The notes: a model not told the origin generated them from the letters alone. Positions 1 to 13,585 are shown, counted from the first letter of the whole stretch. The stretch: DNA of 60,593 bases, filler included, from Diploschistes diacapsis (GCA_023645945.1; 7 parts of 7 records of this genome joined end to end with filler, not necessarily neighbours in it), one strand, 5' to 3'. Numbers and translations: made by a program.

Positions 1-248
1 TGATATAATAGTTTCATAGAATAGACGTATTTTGATCTAATTTGGGGGGAGGGTCTATTACTTTTGGTATAGTATTGTATTTTGAAAATGATAATGTGGT
101 GTTTATTAGATGCTAGGATTAAAGTTTATAGTCCTGTAGCTAGCTCAGTTTAGAAATCGATAAGCTTCTTAATACATCAAAAAGCAACAACAGATAGACT
201 AGTCAGTCAAGCAAAGAGCGAGACCATACTCAAACTCTTTCCCTTTCC

Positions 249-1554
249 TTAGATTGCACGATACTCTTCTGTACTTTCGTACCCCACACACGAACCCTGC
301 CTCATACCGGCGCTCATCCCATACCCGCTCGTCCCGCCGCTGATTTCGTTCCCAGAAATAGAATTCAGTGGTCGACGAAACCTCGGACCCTGGCCATTCG
401 AGCTCAAGGGCGCGAACGATCCGATTCCGTTGCGAAGGAGATTGCTATTCGGCGTAGCATTGGGGCCTGGGCCTGCGCCGAGCCTCGTACGATGTTGTGC
501 AGAGGTTGAGGGGGTTTGACCTGCTGTTCATCGTCAGAGGACGATGTTCAAGGAGACAGAGGAGCTTGGGGAATTTACGTAGAGATAACCCAGAATGGAC
601 AAGACTCTGTAAATGACGCGGTGCGGGTGGGGGCGGCATCATTTCTCTATCGTTTCCTCCCATGCCGATGTTCCCATGGTACACCTTTGCAGGGCTCCTG
701 CTGTCTCCTCTGCCCGAGTATCGCCCTAGCGGACTGGGCCCTTGCGGTTTTCTACCTTGCTGAATGGTTTCTCCTCGCCCCCTAACGGCAGACTGCAGCA
801 CATCGTCCGCCGAGTCGTAAGCAGCGTTCCGCGTGGCAGCTGTCATTTCTTTTCGCTTGAGGCGATCGTAGAGCTCTTGTGTTTGAGCATGCTTGCGGTT
901 TTTTTCACGTAGGGCGTTAATGAGGTTCTGGTTGTCGGACTTCAGTTTGTCTTGATCAAGCTGCACCTCTGTTCGTGAATCGTCAGAGGAATGGCATCCA
1001 GCATCGATATATGATGACTGTACGAGAAAGCCGTTGGTTCAAATTCTCGATCTCAGAATTGGCATCTGTAATGACCTTGTCGAGCTGGTGATTGAGCGTG
1101 GAATATTTGTCGGTCAAAGTTTTGGCAAGATACTCTTGGTAGACGCTGTGCGAGATTAGACAACATCGTTCAAGAGGTAAGATCTATGCTCACATTTCCT
1201 GAGTGGACTGGTAGCTCCAGAAAGCAAGTCCTCTTCCCGCACATTCCATGATAATCGTCGGGTTGAGGCCACTAAGAACGCTCGTCTTGTAGTCCTCCGT
1301 AGGATTGAGCTGGGTGGCCACTATATCGTCTGGATTGGCGAGGGCGGTCATGCATGCGGGACAGGATCTACGACCGGCGGCATTGGCCAGACCCAACTGC
1401 TCTGAGCACTGTATGCAGAAGATATGGCTGTGACGGTTTAGAATCTCACAAATAAATGTGAGTGGCTTCAAAACCTGCACGTCGTCACCACTGCCCTGTC
1501 GTTGAGCTGCGAACGACATTTTAGAGAGTTGCAGCGGAGTATGAAATCCATCAT
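249..1554 (-). CDS. HEI10: HEI10/CCNB1IP1 meiotic RING E3 ligase (multi-exon)
   Basis: Spliced translation M(M)DFILRCNSLKCRSQLNDRAVVTTC/SHIFCIQC...CPACMTALANPDDIVATQLNPTEDYKTSVLSGLNPTIIMECAGRGLAFWSYQSTQE, then a coiled coil (YQEYLAKTLTDKY...LREKNRKHAQTQELYDRLKRKEM) and a low-complexity tail (GYGMSAGM). The 3' end is uncertain because of a possible further donor GTTCGT. Confidence 0.88.
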
Positions 1555-1956
1555 GTGTGAAGGTAGCTGTTATCGATAGAGATTCGAGGAGTAGAAGAAA
1601 TGGGTGCAGTTTGATTTATTTGTTCCCTCCTTTATGTAAGTCCATATGACGGCTGCAAATTCAGAGTAGTGCTGAAACGATAGGAAATTCGCTCCAACCT
1701 ACTTTCAGTCATTTACACCTCTCCAGAGATCAGGAGAATGGAAGTACTGGAAGGCGGAAGCATTGGGATATGCTGGATTTGGACAGACTAATAGTCTGAG
1801 GAAAGCTACTGATATACCACTGTTGTCCTACCTAGATTTATGCACCGAACCTAGACCTGTACATATCTGTAACCAAGAAGAATGTGAAATGCTTCCACAC
1901 GCTGATGCTGGTAGAAAGGTTTTACTCTCTGGAGAGTGTGTTTCCAAATTTGCAAT

Positions 1957-4900
1957 TTAGACCTTGTAATCCGCCTCCCGCTTCTGTTCGAGGGATGCTT
2001 TAATGGCTGTGGTAGGTGGGGGAAATAAGCAATCGTATCAATCCGTGCCAAGGGGGCTTCATCTTACCATCACAGGTTTTCTTTGCATCTCCAAACAACA
2101 TTTTCGTTCCCGGCATGAAGAACATCGGGTTAGGCACGTCAGCTGGTAGACAGATGTCAGCACTCTCCCATCTGAACACTCACCAGAGCGCTTCGTAAAG
2201 GAAGGGGCCTGGGTAAGCAGAACATACCGTATCCACTGCTCATCCCTCTCTTCATCACAATGGTCTGCTTGCTCTTCCATGCGTTTAGCACTGGCATCCC
2301 TGCGATTGGACTTCCAGGCTCCAACGCAATCGGATTGACAGTATCGTTCGCCCCGATGACAAGCGTCAGATCCGTCGATGCAAAGTCATCATTGATCTCA
2401 TCCATCTCCAGCACAACGTCGTACGGCACGTTCGCCTCTGCAAGCAGTACATTGCACTGTCCCGGCATTCTACCAGCAACCGGGTGAATAGCGAAGCGCA
2501 CCCGGATGCCCTTGGCGCGAAGCATGGCCGTGATCTCGGAGATGGCATATTGAGCTTTAGCGACTGCCATACCGTATCCAACAACAATGATGACGCTCTC
2601 GGCGTTGGCAAGAGTCTCTGCGGTCTCGTCTATAGAGGTTTCGGAGATCTTGCCTTCGATCTGGGTGCCTTGGTTGGCAGTCTGCGGGGCAATGCCGCCA
2701 AATAGCACGTTTGTGAGCGAACGGTTCATGGCGACGCACATTATATAGGATAGAATACTGCCCGAAACACCGATCAGAGAGCCAACGGTTGTAAGGAGCG
2801 GGTTGTTGAGCATAAGGCCCTCGGCCAGCAGAGCGAAGCCCGAGTAAGCATTGAGGACGGTAATGACGACAGGCATATCTGCGCCACCGATAGCAGCCGT
2901 CGTGGTATAGCCCTTGATGAAGCTGAGCGCAGCGTTTGCTGTTAGACAGGTAGCGGCCACTACAGGTGCAGCAGGGGCCATGGTTACAAAGGCGCCCATT
3001 GTCGCAACGTTGGCAGCGAGGAGACCGGAGTTGATGACGTGCTTACCAGGTAATTGGAGGGGGCGAGAGGACATGCGACCCGCAAGCTTCATGAAGGCTA
3101 CCACTGAGCCCGTGAACGTTATACCACCAATGAGCACGCCGAGATAGCCCGTTACGAGATGCAGCATGGAGGCATTGGCAATATGCGCCATGACGCTCCC
3201 GATGCTCGTAAGAACTGCAGCAAGACCCACGACCGAGTGAAGAGCAGCAACAGTTTGCGGCAACTCGGTAGGTGTAATTCGTCGCCCGATTAGAGCACCA
3301 GCCATTACCCCAACACCAGCCACAGCAGAGAATTGGGCAAGGACTGCAGGCGGAAAGCCGACAGCAGCAAGCGAAGCAAGCACACCAGACCCTACCCCTA
3401 GTATACCAAGAAGGTTACCCTGACGAGCGGTATTCTGTGCAGATAAGCCAGAGATGGAACTGATGCAAAGAACGCTGCTGACAAGGTATCCTGCCTGCAC
3501 AAGGCCTGCCATGCCGGTGGATGCAGCTGCCAAGTACCCACCACCAAACAGGATGCCGGGAACAGCATACAGCCAGGGATATTCAGGTGGATCAGTTGGT
3601 CGCTTAAACATGTTCAGCATTCGCTTCGTAATCAGAAAACCACCACCAATATTGACAAAGGCGAGGAGGACGGAGAGGGCTCCCAACACCTGGGGGATCG
3701 TTCCGGGGAGATAGCCACCACCCATGATGAAGAAGCCACCGATGCCCACCATTCCAGAGATTGCATTTGTGACACTCATTAGCGGGGAGTGTAGCGCTGG
3801 ACTAACTCCCCAGACGACACGATAACCGATCAAGCCAGCCAGGCCGGTCGTAAAAACATTGCTCATAAATAGGGGCGATGTAAATTTGCCGAGCGCGAGC
3901 ATCGCACCCATGCCTCCCGTGACGGTCGTCACCTCTCTCACAGTCCTCTGCCATGGGGTCAGCGCCACGACTTCCTTGGCCTGCTGAGTTCTTGGTTGCG
4001 GTGCCGGGGCGGGCGGAGGCGCCGGGCGCGGCGCAGTGGGAAGGATCTCTCCATTATGCGTCACTATTGCGCCCCGAACCACCTCGTCATTCAGGTCAAT
4101 ACCAAAGTTGCCTGCAGACTTGGAGATTGTTAGGAGGAACTTTGTAATGTTGTTGGAGTACAAGGAAGAAGATTGCGTGGGCAGGCGGGATGGCAGATCC
4201 GTATAACCTATCACAGTCACGCCCTCGTAGACGGTAGCTTTCCCTGGGACCGTAACCTCACAGTTGCCGCCGGTCTCGGCAGCCAGATCGACTATCACGG
4301 AGCCTGGCCTCATTGCCGCAACATGCTCCTTTAATATAAGTTTGGGAGCAGGCCTTCCAGGGATGAGGGCCGTAGTAATGATGATGTCAACATCTTTAGC
4401 TTGGTCCATGAATAACTTCATCTCAGCCTCGATGAAGGCCTTTGACATCTCCTTGCCATATCCACCTGCGCCGGAGCCTTCCTCTTGGACCGTAACTTCG
4501 AGGAAATCTGCTCCCAAAGATTGCACTTGCTCTCTGGCAGCTGCTCGCGTATCGAACCCTCGAACGATTGCACCCATGCGCTTGGCCGTCGTGATAGCAC
4601 TCAGACCAGCAACGCCTGCCCCTATAACAAGGACCTTGCTGGGTGGGATCTTGCCGGCAGCCGTGGTCTGACCGACAAAAAAGCGGCCAAAGTGGTTCGA
4701 TGCTTCCAACACAGCCTTGTAGCCAGCAGAGTTCGCCATGGAACTAAGAGCGTCAAACACCTGGGCTCGCGATATCCTGGGAATCATGTCCATAGCAAAC
4801 GAGGTTGCTTTACGGGCCGCAATAGCCTGTACGAGCTCCTTGTTCTGCATAGGCTGGAGAAACGAAATAATGACAGTGCCCTCATTGAGAGCATCGATTT

Positions 4901-5453
4901 CGCTTCTCGCGCCATCGACCCTCGGAGGACGGACCTTGAGGATGACATTGCTGTCGGACCAGAGTGTGCTTCGTTCGACAATGGTGCCGCCGGCGGCTTC
5001 GAACATGTAGTCGGAGAAGCTTGCTTGCTCGCCTGCGCCTCTCTCGACGAGAACGCGATTGAAGCCTCGCTTGAGCAGTAGAGCAACATTTTGGGGCGTA
5101 ATAGCTACTCGGCGTTCGCCTGGGTATGTTTCACGAGGTATTCCAACCGTGAGCCTCCCATAAGGTACCTCTACCACTTGAGATACTTCTTCGGCAGCAG
5201 TAGCAAAGGGCCGAACAGGCACACTTCTCCATTGAACCGATGTTAAAGAGCATCGCGGCCTCAGGAAGCGCGATGATGCACGAGGTAGGCGGTCATCTCG
5301 ACCACACCCGTAGCACCGGATGGAAGGATGGACCGACCTTCGAATGAGGGCGGTAAGGGATGAGCGCAAGATCTTGTCAGTCAGAGACAGTGACGACTTT
5401 CTAGAAAAGCCGTGGAAGGTTTGCAAAGCCATGGCCATCGGGAGGCGCTCCAT
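1957..5453 (-). CDS. NNT: Mitochondrial proton-translocating NAD(P)+ transhydrogenase (fused alpha-beta polypeptide)
   Basis: Long exon with [73 protein letters not shown] and GANDTVNP. Two small 3' exons read [25 protein letters not shown] and [16 protein letters not shown]. The exact start codon is uncertain. Confidence 0.96.
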
Positions 5454-6417
5454 CTATCACCTGCGATTATTCCGATTCATCTGCAGACGACAAAACTAGC
5501 GGGCTAAACCGGGGGATGCGGGCGCACGCTTGCTTTTCGTCTCACTGTACACTCACTCTCACGCCCACTTATGGTGATGCCCTTATCATATTACAAAACA
5601 AACAAGAATAACTACTATGTATGTCCTTTAGATGCGACACACACGGCAGCTGAAGAAAGACAGCACGGGAAGTGTAGTAGATAGAGTATTAGACGCGATG
5701 GGTGGAACGGAGACGAGACAGGGCTCGCGTGATGCGACTCGGCCTTTTTTTTTGATTAGTATTTATTTATTGCTTATTACCTACCATCTCCATTCGATAT
5801 TCGATTCGATTCGCGGATGCAGTACTACTACTAAAGCAGAGTGTGACCTATGTTGATGCGATACGATACTACGCGGGCAGAAGCACCCTTTCTTGACCTA
5901 GTGAGCTTGTTGTCTTGCTGACTCAGTTGCCTCTTTTATGCGCTTTTATGCGCCGATTAGTGCAGCGAAAAGACCCCTATCAAAAAAGGCTTAACGGTAT
6001 ATATATTCCTGGACCAGCAGCCTCAGCAACATGCTCGAAGCTCAAGTCGAAGCATTGTGGAAACTAATCGTCCTATATTCCTCCTATATTCGTTATACCT
6101 GTCGAGAAATGCTGGATCTCTCCAGCTCTCGAACTCTGTCCCGTCTGCTCGGTGTCACAAATCAATGTATATCTACGTACATGAAAGCGAAAGATACGAC
6201 TTTATTTCAATAATCGACACTAAAATTATAGTCATGAATCGACGCCTATTGTTTACATTGCAATCTTCCCACACTGGCCATGCTTCAAGGGCCTCTCACG
6301 GTACGTACCCGGGCAGAATACGTTGTTATCCACAAGAGCTATGACCATCACACTCGGGTCCTTACTGGAAACTCTCCGGAGAAGACCATGAGGTCGAGCG
6401 CCTCCACCTGAGGGTTG

Positions 6418-7251
6418 TTATTGGTTGTCGAGGATAAGCTCCATCATCTTCCGCCTTGCATGTGGTGAATTTTCGTTCAACAGCCGCTCGTCATCGGCTT
6501 CCATGTAACCTTGGGTGTAGTACACCCTGACGTCCCCTTTTTCGGCCGCTTCAATCATTCGGGTTTTATTCTCGTATCCGAGTTCCTGGTGGAATGGATG
6601 CGCGAACTTAATGTGGGCGTCATCACAGGCCGCATAGCCCCTGGTGCCGAAGCCGTCATATTCTGACCACGCCAGCACACCGTCACAGTGAAACGGCAGG
6701 GGCGGTTTTAGCTGGAAGCCCATTCCACAGTGTGCCCATTTCTTCATCCGTCGGCAAATGGCCTGCTCTGCGCCGAATTCGGCCATGGCGTCGAAGCACG
6801 TCTCGCATCCCGCTCGGCAATGTTCATGGGTATGCCAATCCTTTTCAGCAAAATAGCCTACCAATTCTCCATGGCTCTCTTCCATGTTGAGGACGGTTCC
6901 GTCCGCGAGTTTATGAGAGAGGTCCTTCGCACCCGCGCACGTCCTAGCGGCAGATTCGGTTTTTATTTCCTGTTTCACCAATCTCGTGCAGTCAGCGCCA
7001 AGGTAGGTGTTGTTGTAGAGTGTTGAGGGGTTCCTGAGGCCGGGATATTTGTGGATGCAGATGGCCTTGTCTACCTTAAGCCCCCAGTACTGATGGTTGG
7101 GCCGCCTGTCATCATGCCACATCATATACGGATACCAACTATCTTGAGGGATAGGATCGTCTGAAGTAACAGGAGGGCCTGTAACGAAAGAGTGAATAAT
7201 GTATGGAAACAGCGACAGCACAGACAAAGTCTTGATGCGGATTCCAGACAT
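6418..7251 (-). CDS. Uncharacterised, probably secreted cysteine-rich protein
   Basis: Intronless ORF of 277 aa from ATG 7251 (288 aa from 7284). Hydrophobic N-terminus (MSGIRIKTLSVLSLFPYIIHSFVTG) and 10 Cys including CxxxCxxC. No family recognised. Confidence 0.6.
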   Translation of the reverse strand: MSGIRIKTLSVLSLFPYIIHSFVTGPPVTSDDPIPQDSWYPYMMWHDDRRPNHQYWGLKVDKAICIHKYPGLRNPSTLYNNTYLGADCTRLVKQEIKTESAARTCAGAKDLSHKLADGTVLNMEESHGELVGYFAEKDWHTHEHCRAGCETCFDAMAEFGAEQAICRRMKKWAHCGMGFQLKPPLPFHCDGVLAWSEYDGFGTRGYAACDDAHIKFAHPFHQELGYENKTRMIEAAEKGDVRVYYTQGYMEADDERLLNENSPHARRKMMELILDNQ

Positions 7252-8186
7252 TGTGGTCGCGCTCGCCGTGAACTTGGATAGCATCCGCAGCTGGTTAATA
7301 ATGATGTCTTGGTGAAGAAGTAGGAAGAGAGTAGGAAAGGGATTTGGGCTGGGAGGAAAGCTATCCGCACAGTTTGCACTAGCTTTAAGCTTTCATAGTT
7401 GCTTGACAAACTGTTGCCCAGCATGATCGAAACGATAGAGATGCTCAAACTTGCGCACCGTTTATCCCCCAGAACAAATTTTTTTCACTTTGTGGGCTAA
7501 CAGCCCCCCAGAGAGAGAGAGAGATATATATAGTAATCTGTCGCTTCAAGAACAGTGGGGTAGATCAATTAATATGGGATCGAGCATACTCTAGCCTTTG
7601 AGGAAGCCTAGCCATTCCGGTCTCCAGGATGACTTTCCGATGGTGAATAGAGAAAACAAGCTTCAACCCACAATCAGCTGCGAACTTGATTGAGTCCCCT
7701 TAAAGATATGCGGGCCACAGGAATACATTCGGGCGGGGCGAATTCAATATTGCACAAAGACAAAGAAGGGCGTGGACAGGGCTCAGGTGGATAGATATCA
7801 AATCCAGGTGATTTGGGCAAAGAACTCCACAGATATCAATGATGAAGCATGTATTCTTGTATTTTTGGATTCCGGCCGAAAACTCCAATCAGAACTCGGA
7901 AGTCTCGGCAAGAATCCCTTGTCGGAGCTATTGACTGCCAAGACTTCCTACTTCCATCTCCCTTTCAGTCTGTATCTTGACTCTCCAGGACTTAATGTTG
8001 AGTCCGTGACGATTCGGGGTTACACAGCTTAGATCTCAATGACACTAAGTGCATAGCACCCAGGATGCGGCAGCCTCGAAAGGTACAAAACAGTGAGTAT
8101 CCTCTCAACCATTACCATATCTACTTCATCGCATCCTTTTTCTACTGTCGAAGCGGTTTGATTTCCTGCCACGTCCCTTAACCATC

Positions 8187-8587
8187 ATGTCCTCCCCCAC
8201 CAACCCCTACGCTGCAGAGCATGCCTCGCCCAAGGGAGAGGGCGATGCTCGTCCAACCGCGCTGCAAATCATCGAGGACGAGAATGTCGTTGACAAGCTG
8301 GCTGGTAAAATCTTTCTCGTGACAGGCTCGTCCTCCGGCATCGGCATCGAAACCGTCCGTGCTCTACACGCCACGGGCGCCGACGTCTACATGCAAGTCC
8401 GCAACATGGACAAGGGAAAGAAGGTGCTGGAGGACATTCGAAGCACAAGCAAAGGCAACGGCAAGCTCGAACTGTTCACCATGGACCTTTCCTCATTCCA
8501 GTCCATCCGCGACGGAGTAAAGGATTTTCTATCGCGCACCTCGCAGCTTAACGTCCTCATCAACAACGGTATCCCCCTCCCATCTCC
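8187..8587 (+). CDS. Short-chain dehydrogenase/reductase (WWOX/retinol dehydrogenase-like), 5' part, truncated by contig end
   Basis: NPYAAEHASPKGEGDARPTALQII...VTGSSSGIGIETVRALHATGA...LNVLINN, followed by a GTATCC donor just before the linker. Confidence 0.85.
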
Positions 8588-8687
8588 NNNNNNNNNNNNN
8601 NNNNNNNNNNNNNNNNNNNNNNNNNNNNNNNTTAATTAATTAANNNNNNNNNNNNNNNNNNNNNNNNNNNNNNNNNNNNNNNNNNNN
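8588..8687. other. Artificial contig linker N44-TTAATTAATTAA-N44
   Basis: 100-bp spacer with stop codons in all frames; six identical copies in the window. Confidence 0.99.
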
Positions 8688-8898
8688 GGAGAGAGGAGAG
8701 GGTGGAGAGGTACGTCGTGGCCTGGAGGCTGTTAGAGGGGGTTTCTTGTTGAGTGGGAGTGCGGAGGAGAGTGCGGGGGAGGAAGGGAAAGGATGCGAAA
8801 GCAAAAGGTAGAGGAAAGCAGAAGGTACGGGAAGGGGGTGTACCGGGATCACAGTCTAGCCATATAGGAATCTTGTCCGCCGTGCTCGTAGTCGACAT
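8688..8898 (-). CDS. URH1: Inosine/uridine-preferring nucleoside hydrolase (URH1-like), N-terminal fragment
   Basis: MSTTSTADKIPIWLDCDP G|intron|GC CAC GAC gives the DCDPGHD motif; the gene runs off the contig end. Confidence 0.8.
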
Positions 8899-9325
8899 TT
8901 TGGTTGGAATATGGACTTTCGGTTCGGGCTCAATATGAAAGATGGGAGGTATCGAGTAGGGAAAGGACGGACACGGGAATTAATATCATGGAATCTACAC
9001 GAAGTATTGACGGAAAGGGTGCCGAAACATTTCCACTTCGGGTAGTAGAGGGCTGGGAAAGGAAAACTCCCGAAACATGTCCCCCATACCCGATTGGAGC
9101 ACCCTGTTTATCTAGGCACCCCTTGCAGGTTCCAAAGCGGGTTGCCGAACGCAAGAATAGATATGTGCGGGATTCACAACTGCGAGTGTCATATGGCATC
9201 AAAGAGCATCAAATCGTCACTAAACGTTGAGCACCAGGCTCAGGTCAACATCCCGCACCTTTGCCCATCTCTATTCCCACTTTCGATTTCCATCTTCACC
9301 ACCTGAACCTCCATCCATTGCTCTT

Positions 9326-10046
9326 CTACTGCCTCCTTTGCTTTAATCTCTCATCCATACAAACACACATGGCTACACATATACTCAAATCCATGCCCGG
9401 CGCAACCGTAAGCTGATAGTCCTGCGCGCCGCCAAAGAAACTCCGTCCACTCCACAAATTGCGATCAATACACGCTATGACGTGTCCATCCGGTAGCTTG
9501 ATCTCGGCATGGCTGTCGAAATAGTTCTCTTTCAAGTGGATCGTAATGGGCTGCTGGTCGATGCTGTTGACAAAGGAGACCTCGCTCTTGTGGGAACCAA
9601 CTTCTCACGCAATCAGCCCCATTGGATACATCATCGGGTGGAGTCCCAAAGAATGACGAAGCATAGAGGGCAGAGCGGTCTGGTCATGCGAATGGGGCTC
9701 ACTTACAACTCCACTTTCCGTTAACGTCCAAAAACCTCTGCCCGTTCGGCGCCTCGCAGTAGAAACTTGGCGGTATGCTGAATAGTTCCTTCCGGATCGT
9801 AAAGAGAGCGTTGCCCTGCATATCCGTAACTTCTTTTCTGGCAGACATGGAGAAGGCCTTGCCGACGACGTGAAAAACCGGATTGCCATTGATATCTTTG
9901 ATGACCGCGTCGCCAAAACTGAACATACGGTCCGAGAGGACTAGGGCGGTTGGGTACTGGGCGATGTAGTTGGGGAGCACCGCCAGCGGTTGTGGGAGGG
10001 GAGCGAGGTAGGGAGCTGGTGCGCCTTGTTGCTGCTGCCTAGGCAT
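9326..10046 (-). CDS. LURP-one-related / tubby C-terminal-like (scramblase-fold) protein, 2 exons
   Basis: PTALVLSDRMFSFGDAVIKDINGNPVFHVVGKAFSMSARKEVTDMQGNALFTIRKELFS, intron ~9601-9706, then IACIDRNLWSGRSFFGGAQDYQLTVAPGMDLSICVAMCVCMDE. Confidence 0.85.
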
Positions 10047-10811
10047 TTTGAGGGCGGAGGGTTGATGGTGATCAGGTAGGAAAGGTACAAAGGCTGAAAG
10101 AACTATATGCAATGGGAAAGAGCACAAGGTAGTAATTTAAGAAACAGACACAAGGCTTTAAGGAAAGGAAAGAGCCGTATTTAATGCATTCAACGAGGAT
10201 GGCTGTTCGTCCCGCCAGTCTACCGCCAACTACTGATCAAGCGGACACAGCGAGGCTCAGCCTGTAGGCTAGGCTTGGCTCAGCTGAGCCTGAGGTCCAT
10301 CAATGCCTACCGAAAACTCTCAAACACTTGAGTGAAAAGAACCATTATGTTGTGAATCAGTCTTATGCTTCCGTTACGACTGACATCGATAGGTAGTAAC
10401 TTCCTTGATCCTGAAACCGAGTCCTCTCTGATTGTAGTCGGGAGCACTTCGGCACCACAGGCTATAAGCACCTTCTTTGAGTTGGGAGAGCTACAACAAG
10501 CCTCTACCAATAGCGATCGCCTCACTTTAATCAATCATGGTGCATCATAGAAAGTAACGAGATCATATTTAGAGATGCAGGAAACCTTGACCGCAGTAGG
10601 AGAACCAAGTATGCGAAAACTTCGGGCCGGATTAACGCTTCTACGGCGCTGACCTGGCTTCTTCTCCGTTCAAATTGCGTATGCATGTTTTTTTCCCATC
10701 TTGTAGCAACCTATTTGCAACTGTGCGCTCTTAAATCAAAATCCATCCCCCTTTGTCGTTCACCACTCACCTGAACCTACATATCCTTCACATCCCTAGC
10801 ATTCAGCAACC

Positions 10812-11560
10812 ATGGCCGGCCTCAGTCCGCAGATGTGAGATTGCACTGACCTTCGATCAGGCTGCTTTAAGATCATCCAGCTAACGCACACGGCAGCACA
10901 AACTTGATCATCATCCTCGGGATGATGCAAGTCTCGAAGAAGATCCCATTTGACGACCCACAGGTGCTTATGGGTGTGCGAGCCGTCTATGTACTATCGA
11001 ACCTGATCATTGCGGGGATCTACCTTTACATTCAGTCGAAAATCAATACTAAGAAAGGTGAGCTCAAGCAAACCACAGCAACGTCCCCAGATAGCATGTG
11101 TTCTGGCCACGAACGAGTTATAAGGCTAGATCAATCAAAATGGCGGTATTTAATCTGATTCTTCTGAACAGACATGACAACCCTCAAATACGTTGAGCCT
11201 GCGCCGATGGGCTCCGCCGACGAGCCCAAGCTCGTAACAACAACGATCCACAGCTACGATCTGTCCCAGCTGCGCGGCATGTGGAAGTCGCAGCTGATGG
11301 GCGTAGGCATGATGGCTGTGATGCACCTGTACTTCAAGTACACGAACCCTTTGCTCATCCAGTCCATCATCCCGCTAAAGGGCGCCTTTGAGGGTAATTT
11401 GATCAAGATTCATCTGTTTGGGCAGCCAGCTATCGGAGACCTGAAGAGGCCGTGGAAGCAAACGGGCCCAATGGGGATGAGCGGTGGAGAGATTAAGAGC
11501 GACAAGAAAAGTATTGAAGAGGCGGAGAGGGCCGGAAGGGGAGGGACCAAGGAAGAGTAG
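10812..11560 (+). CDS. PHO88: PHO88/SND3 ER membrane protein (SRP-independent targeting), 3 exons
   Basis: MAGLSPQI/TNLIIILGMMQVSKKIPFDDPQVL...TTLKYVEPAPMGS...MHLYFKYTNPLLIQSIIPLKGAFE...DLKRPWK. Confidence 0.93.
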
Positions 11561-11736
11561 TAGTGAGCATTTGACGGTTTGGATAGGGGAGGGCGAAGAG
11601 CAGGAAGAAAGAGCCTTGCTTACGGGCGTCAATGCTTGGCGCTTAATCGATAATGCTAGTCTTGTTGCAATATCGTCTCTAAAACGCTTGGTCGCCTGCT
11701 TTGGGGTATCTCTAATCTCAAACTCATACAACTAGT

Positions 11737-12915
11737 CTAGAACTCCAGCTCCTCGACCTGCATACCGCACTCCACGCACGTCTTCAGGCCTACCCCATCG
11801 TCCCCTTCCACCGTCCGTCCCCAGACATGTTCATGCTTTCCTCCTTTCCTTAAGTCATCCCCAAAATCCCCTCCACCACCGCCTTGCTGCCTACTGCGCT
11901 TATAAGCCTCCACCCTCGTCCTCTTCTTCAGCTCCTGTAACTTACTCTTGAACTTTTCATTCTTCCGTTTTTTCTTGTCTTCCTCTCTCTTCTCATACGC
12001 CTCGTCTAGCTTTTCGGCGGACCCCCACTTCTTACTAAATGCGTATTCTTCAACCTGATACCGCAGAAAGAGCATCATGTTATTCCAGGTGCTCTTGTGC
12101 GGATTCGGCCTTTCCAAATGCGGAAGCAACTCCTCGTCCTTGAGTTCCGGGTCCGTGAGCATGTAGTCCTCCCTGGCCTCCGTCTTCGTTAGAAGACTGT
12201 ATTTCTCCGGATACTCGTCCTTGCACTTATTACACACCGCGCAGCCAAAAACATCGAGCCACTGCCAATCGACCTCCATGCTCCCGCACTCGCGGCACGT
12301 CTTGTTCTTCGACATGTCTGCGCTTATAGCCGGCTCGAACGGGCCGGACTTTTGCTCCCGCAGCTTCTTCAGCAGCTGGTGTCTTTCCCACTCTTTCAGC
12401 GTCATATGCGCTGGCTTCTCCTCCCCCGAAGAGCGAGCGTGCAGGGCCTTGTTGTGCGGGTCGTCTTCTACCGTCAGGAAACCGCCTTTCGTGTCCGTCA
12501 TCTTGCTGAAGTCGTATTCAACGTACTTGGTGAAGTTGCGCGCCGGCTGGATGGAGTCGAGGGGGCGCGAGGGAGCGGGAGTGCCATCTTTTCCAGCGCT
12601 GGGAGCCAGGGTGGCCGAGGTACGTGCATCTCGTTGATTCGGGGCCACATCGGATCGAGAGACGGCTGAATGTGGCCGTTTCTGACCAGCTGCTAGGTTG
12701 GTAGCTTGTTGCTGGGCCTCTGCCTCACGTTGGGAGCGGAGGGCTTTGGCTTTGAGCCGATTTATTTCCTAATACCCATGAGCGCTATATTCGCAGTGTT
12801 GATGTACTTATTGGCAGCGTACAATTCTCTTGACTTGCTCAGGGGTAAGCGGAGGTTGGGAAGAGGCAGCTGGCGCCGCTGCTGGTGGAGGTGTTGAGGG
12901 CCGCTCGCTTGCCAT
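11737..12915 (-). CDS. RAD14: DNA repair protein RAD14/XPA, 2 exons
   Basis: Exon 1 MASERPSTPP...LTPEQVKRI, intron, then EINRLKAKALR...YVEYDFSKMTDTKGGFL, zinc finger CREC...CNKC, KYSLLTKTEAREDYMLTDPEL, NPHKSTWNNMMLFLRYQVE, and CVECGMQVEELEF*. Confidence 0.95.
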
Positions 12916-13585
12916 GGCGAGGGAAGCTCATAGAATAATGTGGTTGAAGCAAAGTAGAATAGGAGAGGTTTAAGACTGGGAGTATGGTAAAGCAGACGAA
13001 GTGACACCAGTCGCTCAAAGTAAGCATAGAACATATGGAGCACTTCTTAGCGCAACAAAGGGTGTTGACGCATCTTGAAATGATCTTGGAAAGGAGTGGC
13101 AGAAACAGAGGCGGTCAACCGTCGACGCTAAGAAGCTCAACACTAAGCTTCTTTGGGTAACGCTACTGACTCAAAGTACTGGAGCAAATAAGTACCCATA
13201 CAGGACGGACCAATTTTGGAACTGTTATTGCAGCAGTTATCCGACACTAATGGCGTATAAATGTTATCTAAGAGAACTCTAACCTCTCCAAACTTATCCA
13301 GATTCTAATGACTCGAACAGAATTGGAGGAAGATTATCTCAAAATAGTTTGCCGAAGAGAAAGTCAATTCTGCCGAATAATCGGGATTTTGGTGCAGAAA
13401 TGGGTATAAGTTTACAAGAGGTTTCCCCCAAAGACATGCCTTGATGTCCAAGGACAAGGCGAGACATCAAGTTTGGTTGTTTGAAGCCAATATAAGGCCC
13501 GCAAGCCTACGAAATTGTACATATCGAAATCGAAGATTTATCGTACCATATAACAAGTTCGAATCATGGCAGACTCTGATACCAC

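Noticed and set aside
249..530. Apparent frameshift in the HEI10 tail
   Set aside because: A careful re-read shows QHRTRL and GYGMSAGM in one frame after the intron.
2260..5089. Many overlapping antisense or alternate-frame ORFs within NNT (likewise in TKL1, the oxidase and HAD, e.g. 35136-35984)
   Set aside because: They are shadow ORFs caused by GC-rich codon bias and carry no recognisable motifs.
10253..10292. Short palindromes (GGCTCAGCTGAGCC) upstream of the LURP-like gene
   Set aside because: Too short to assign, with no evidence of a mobile element or RNA gene.
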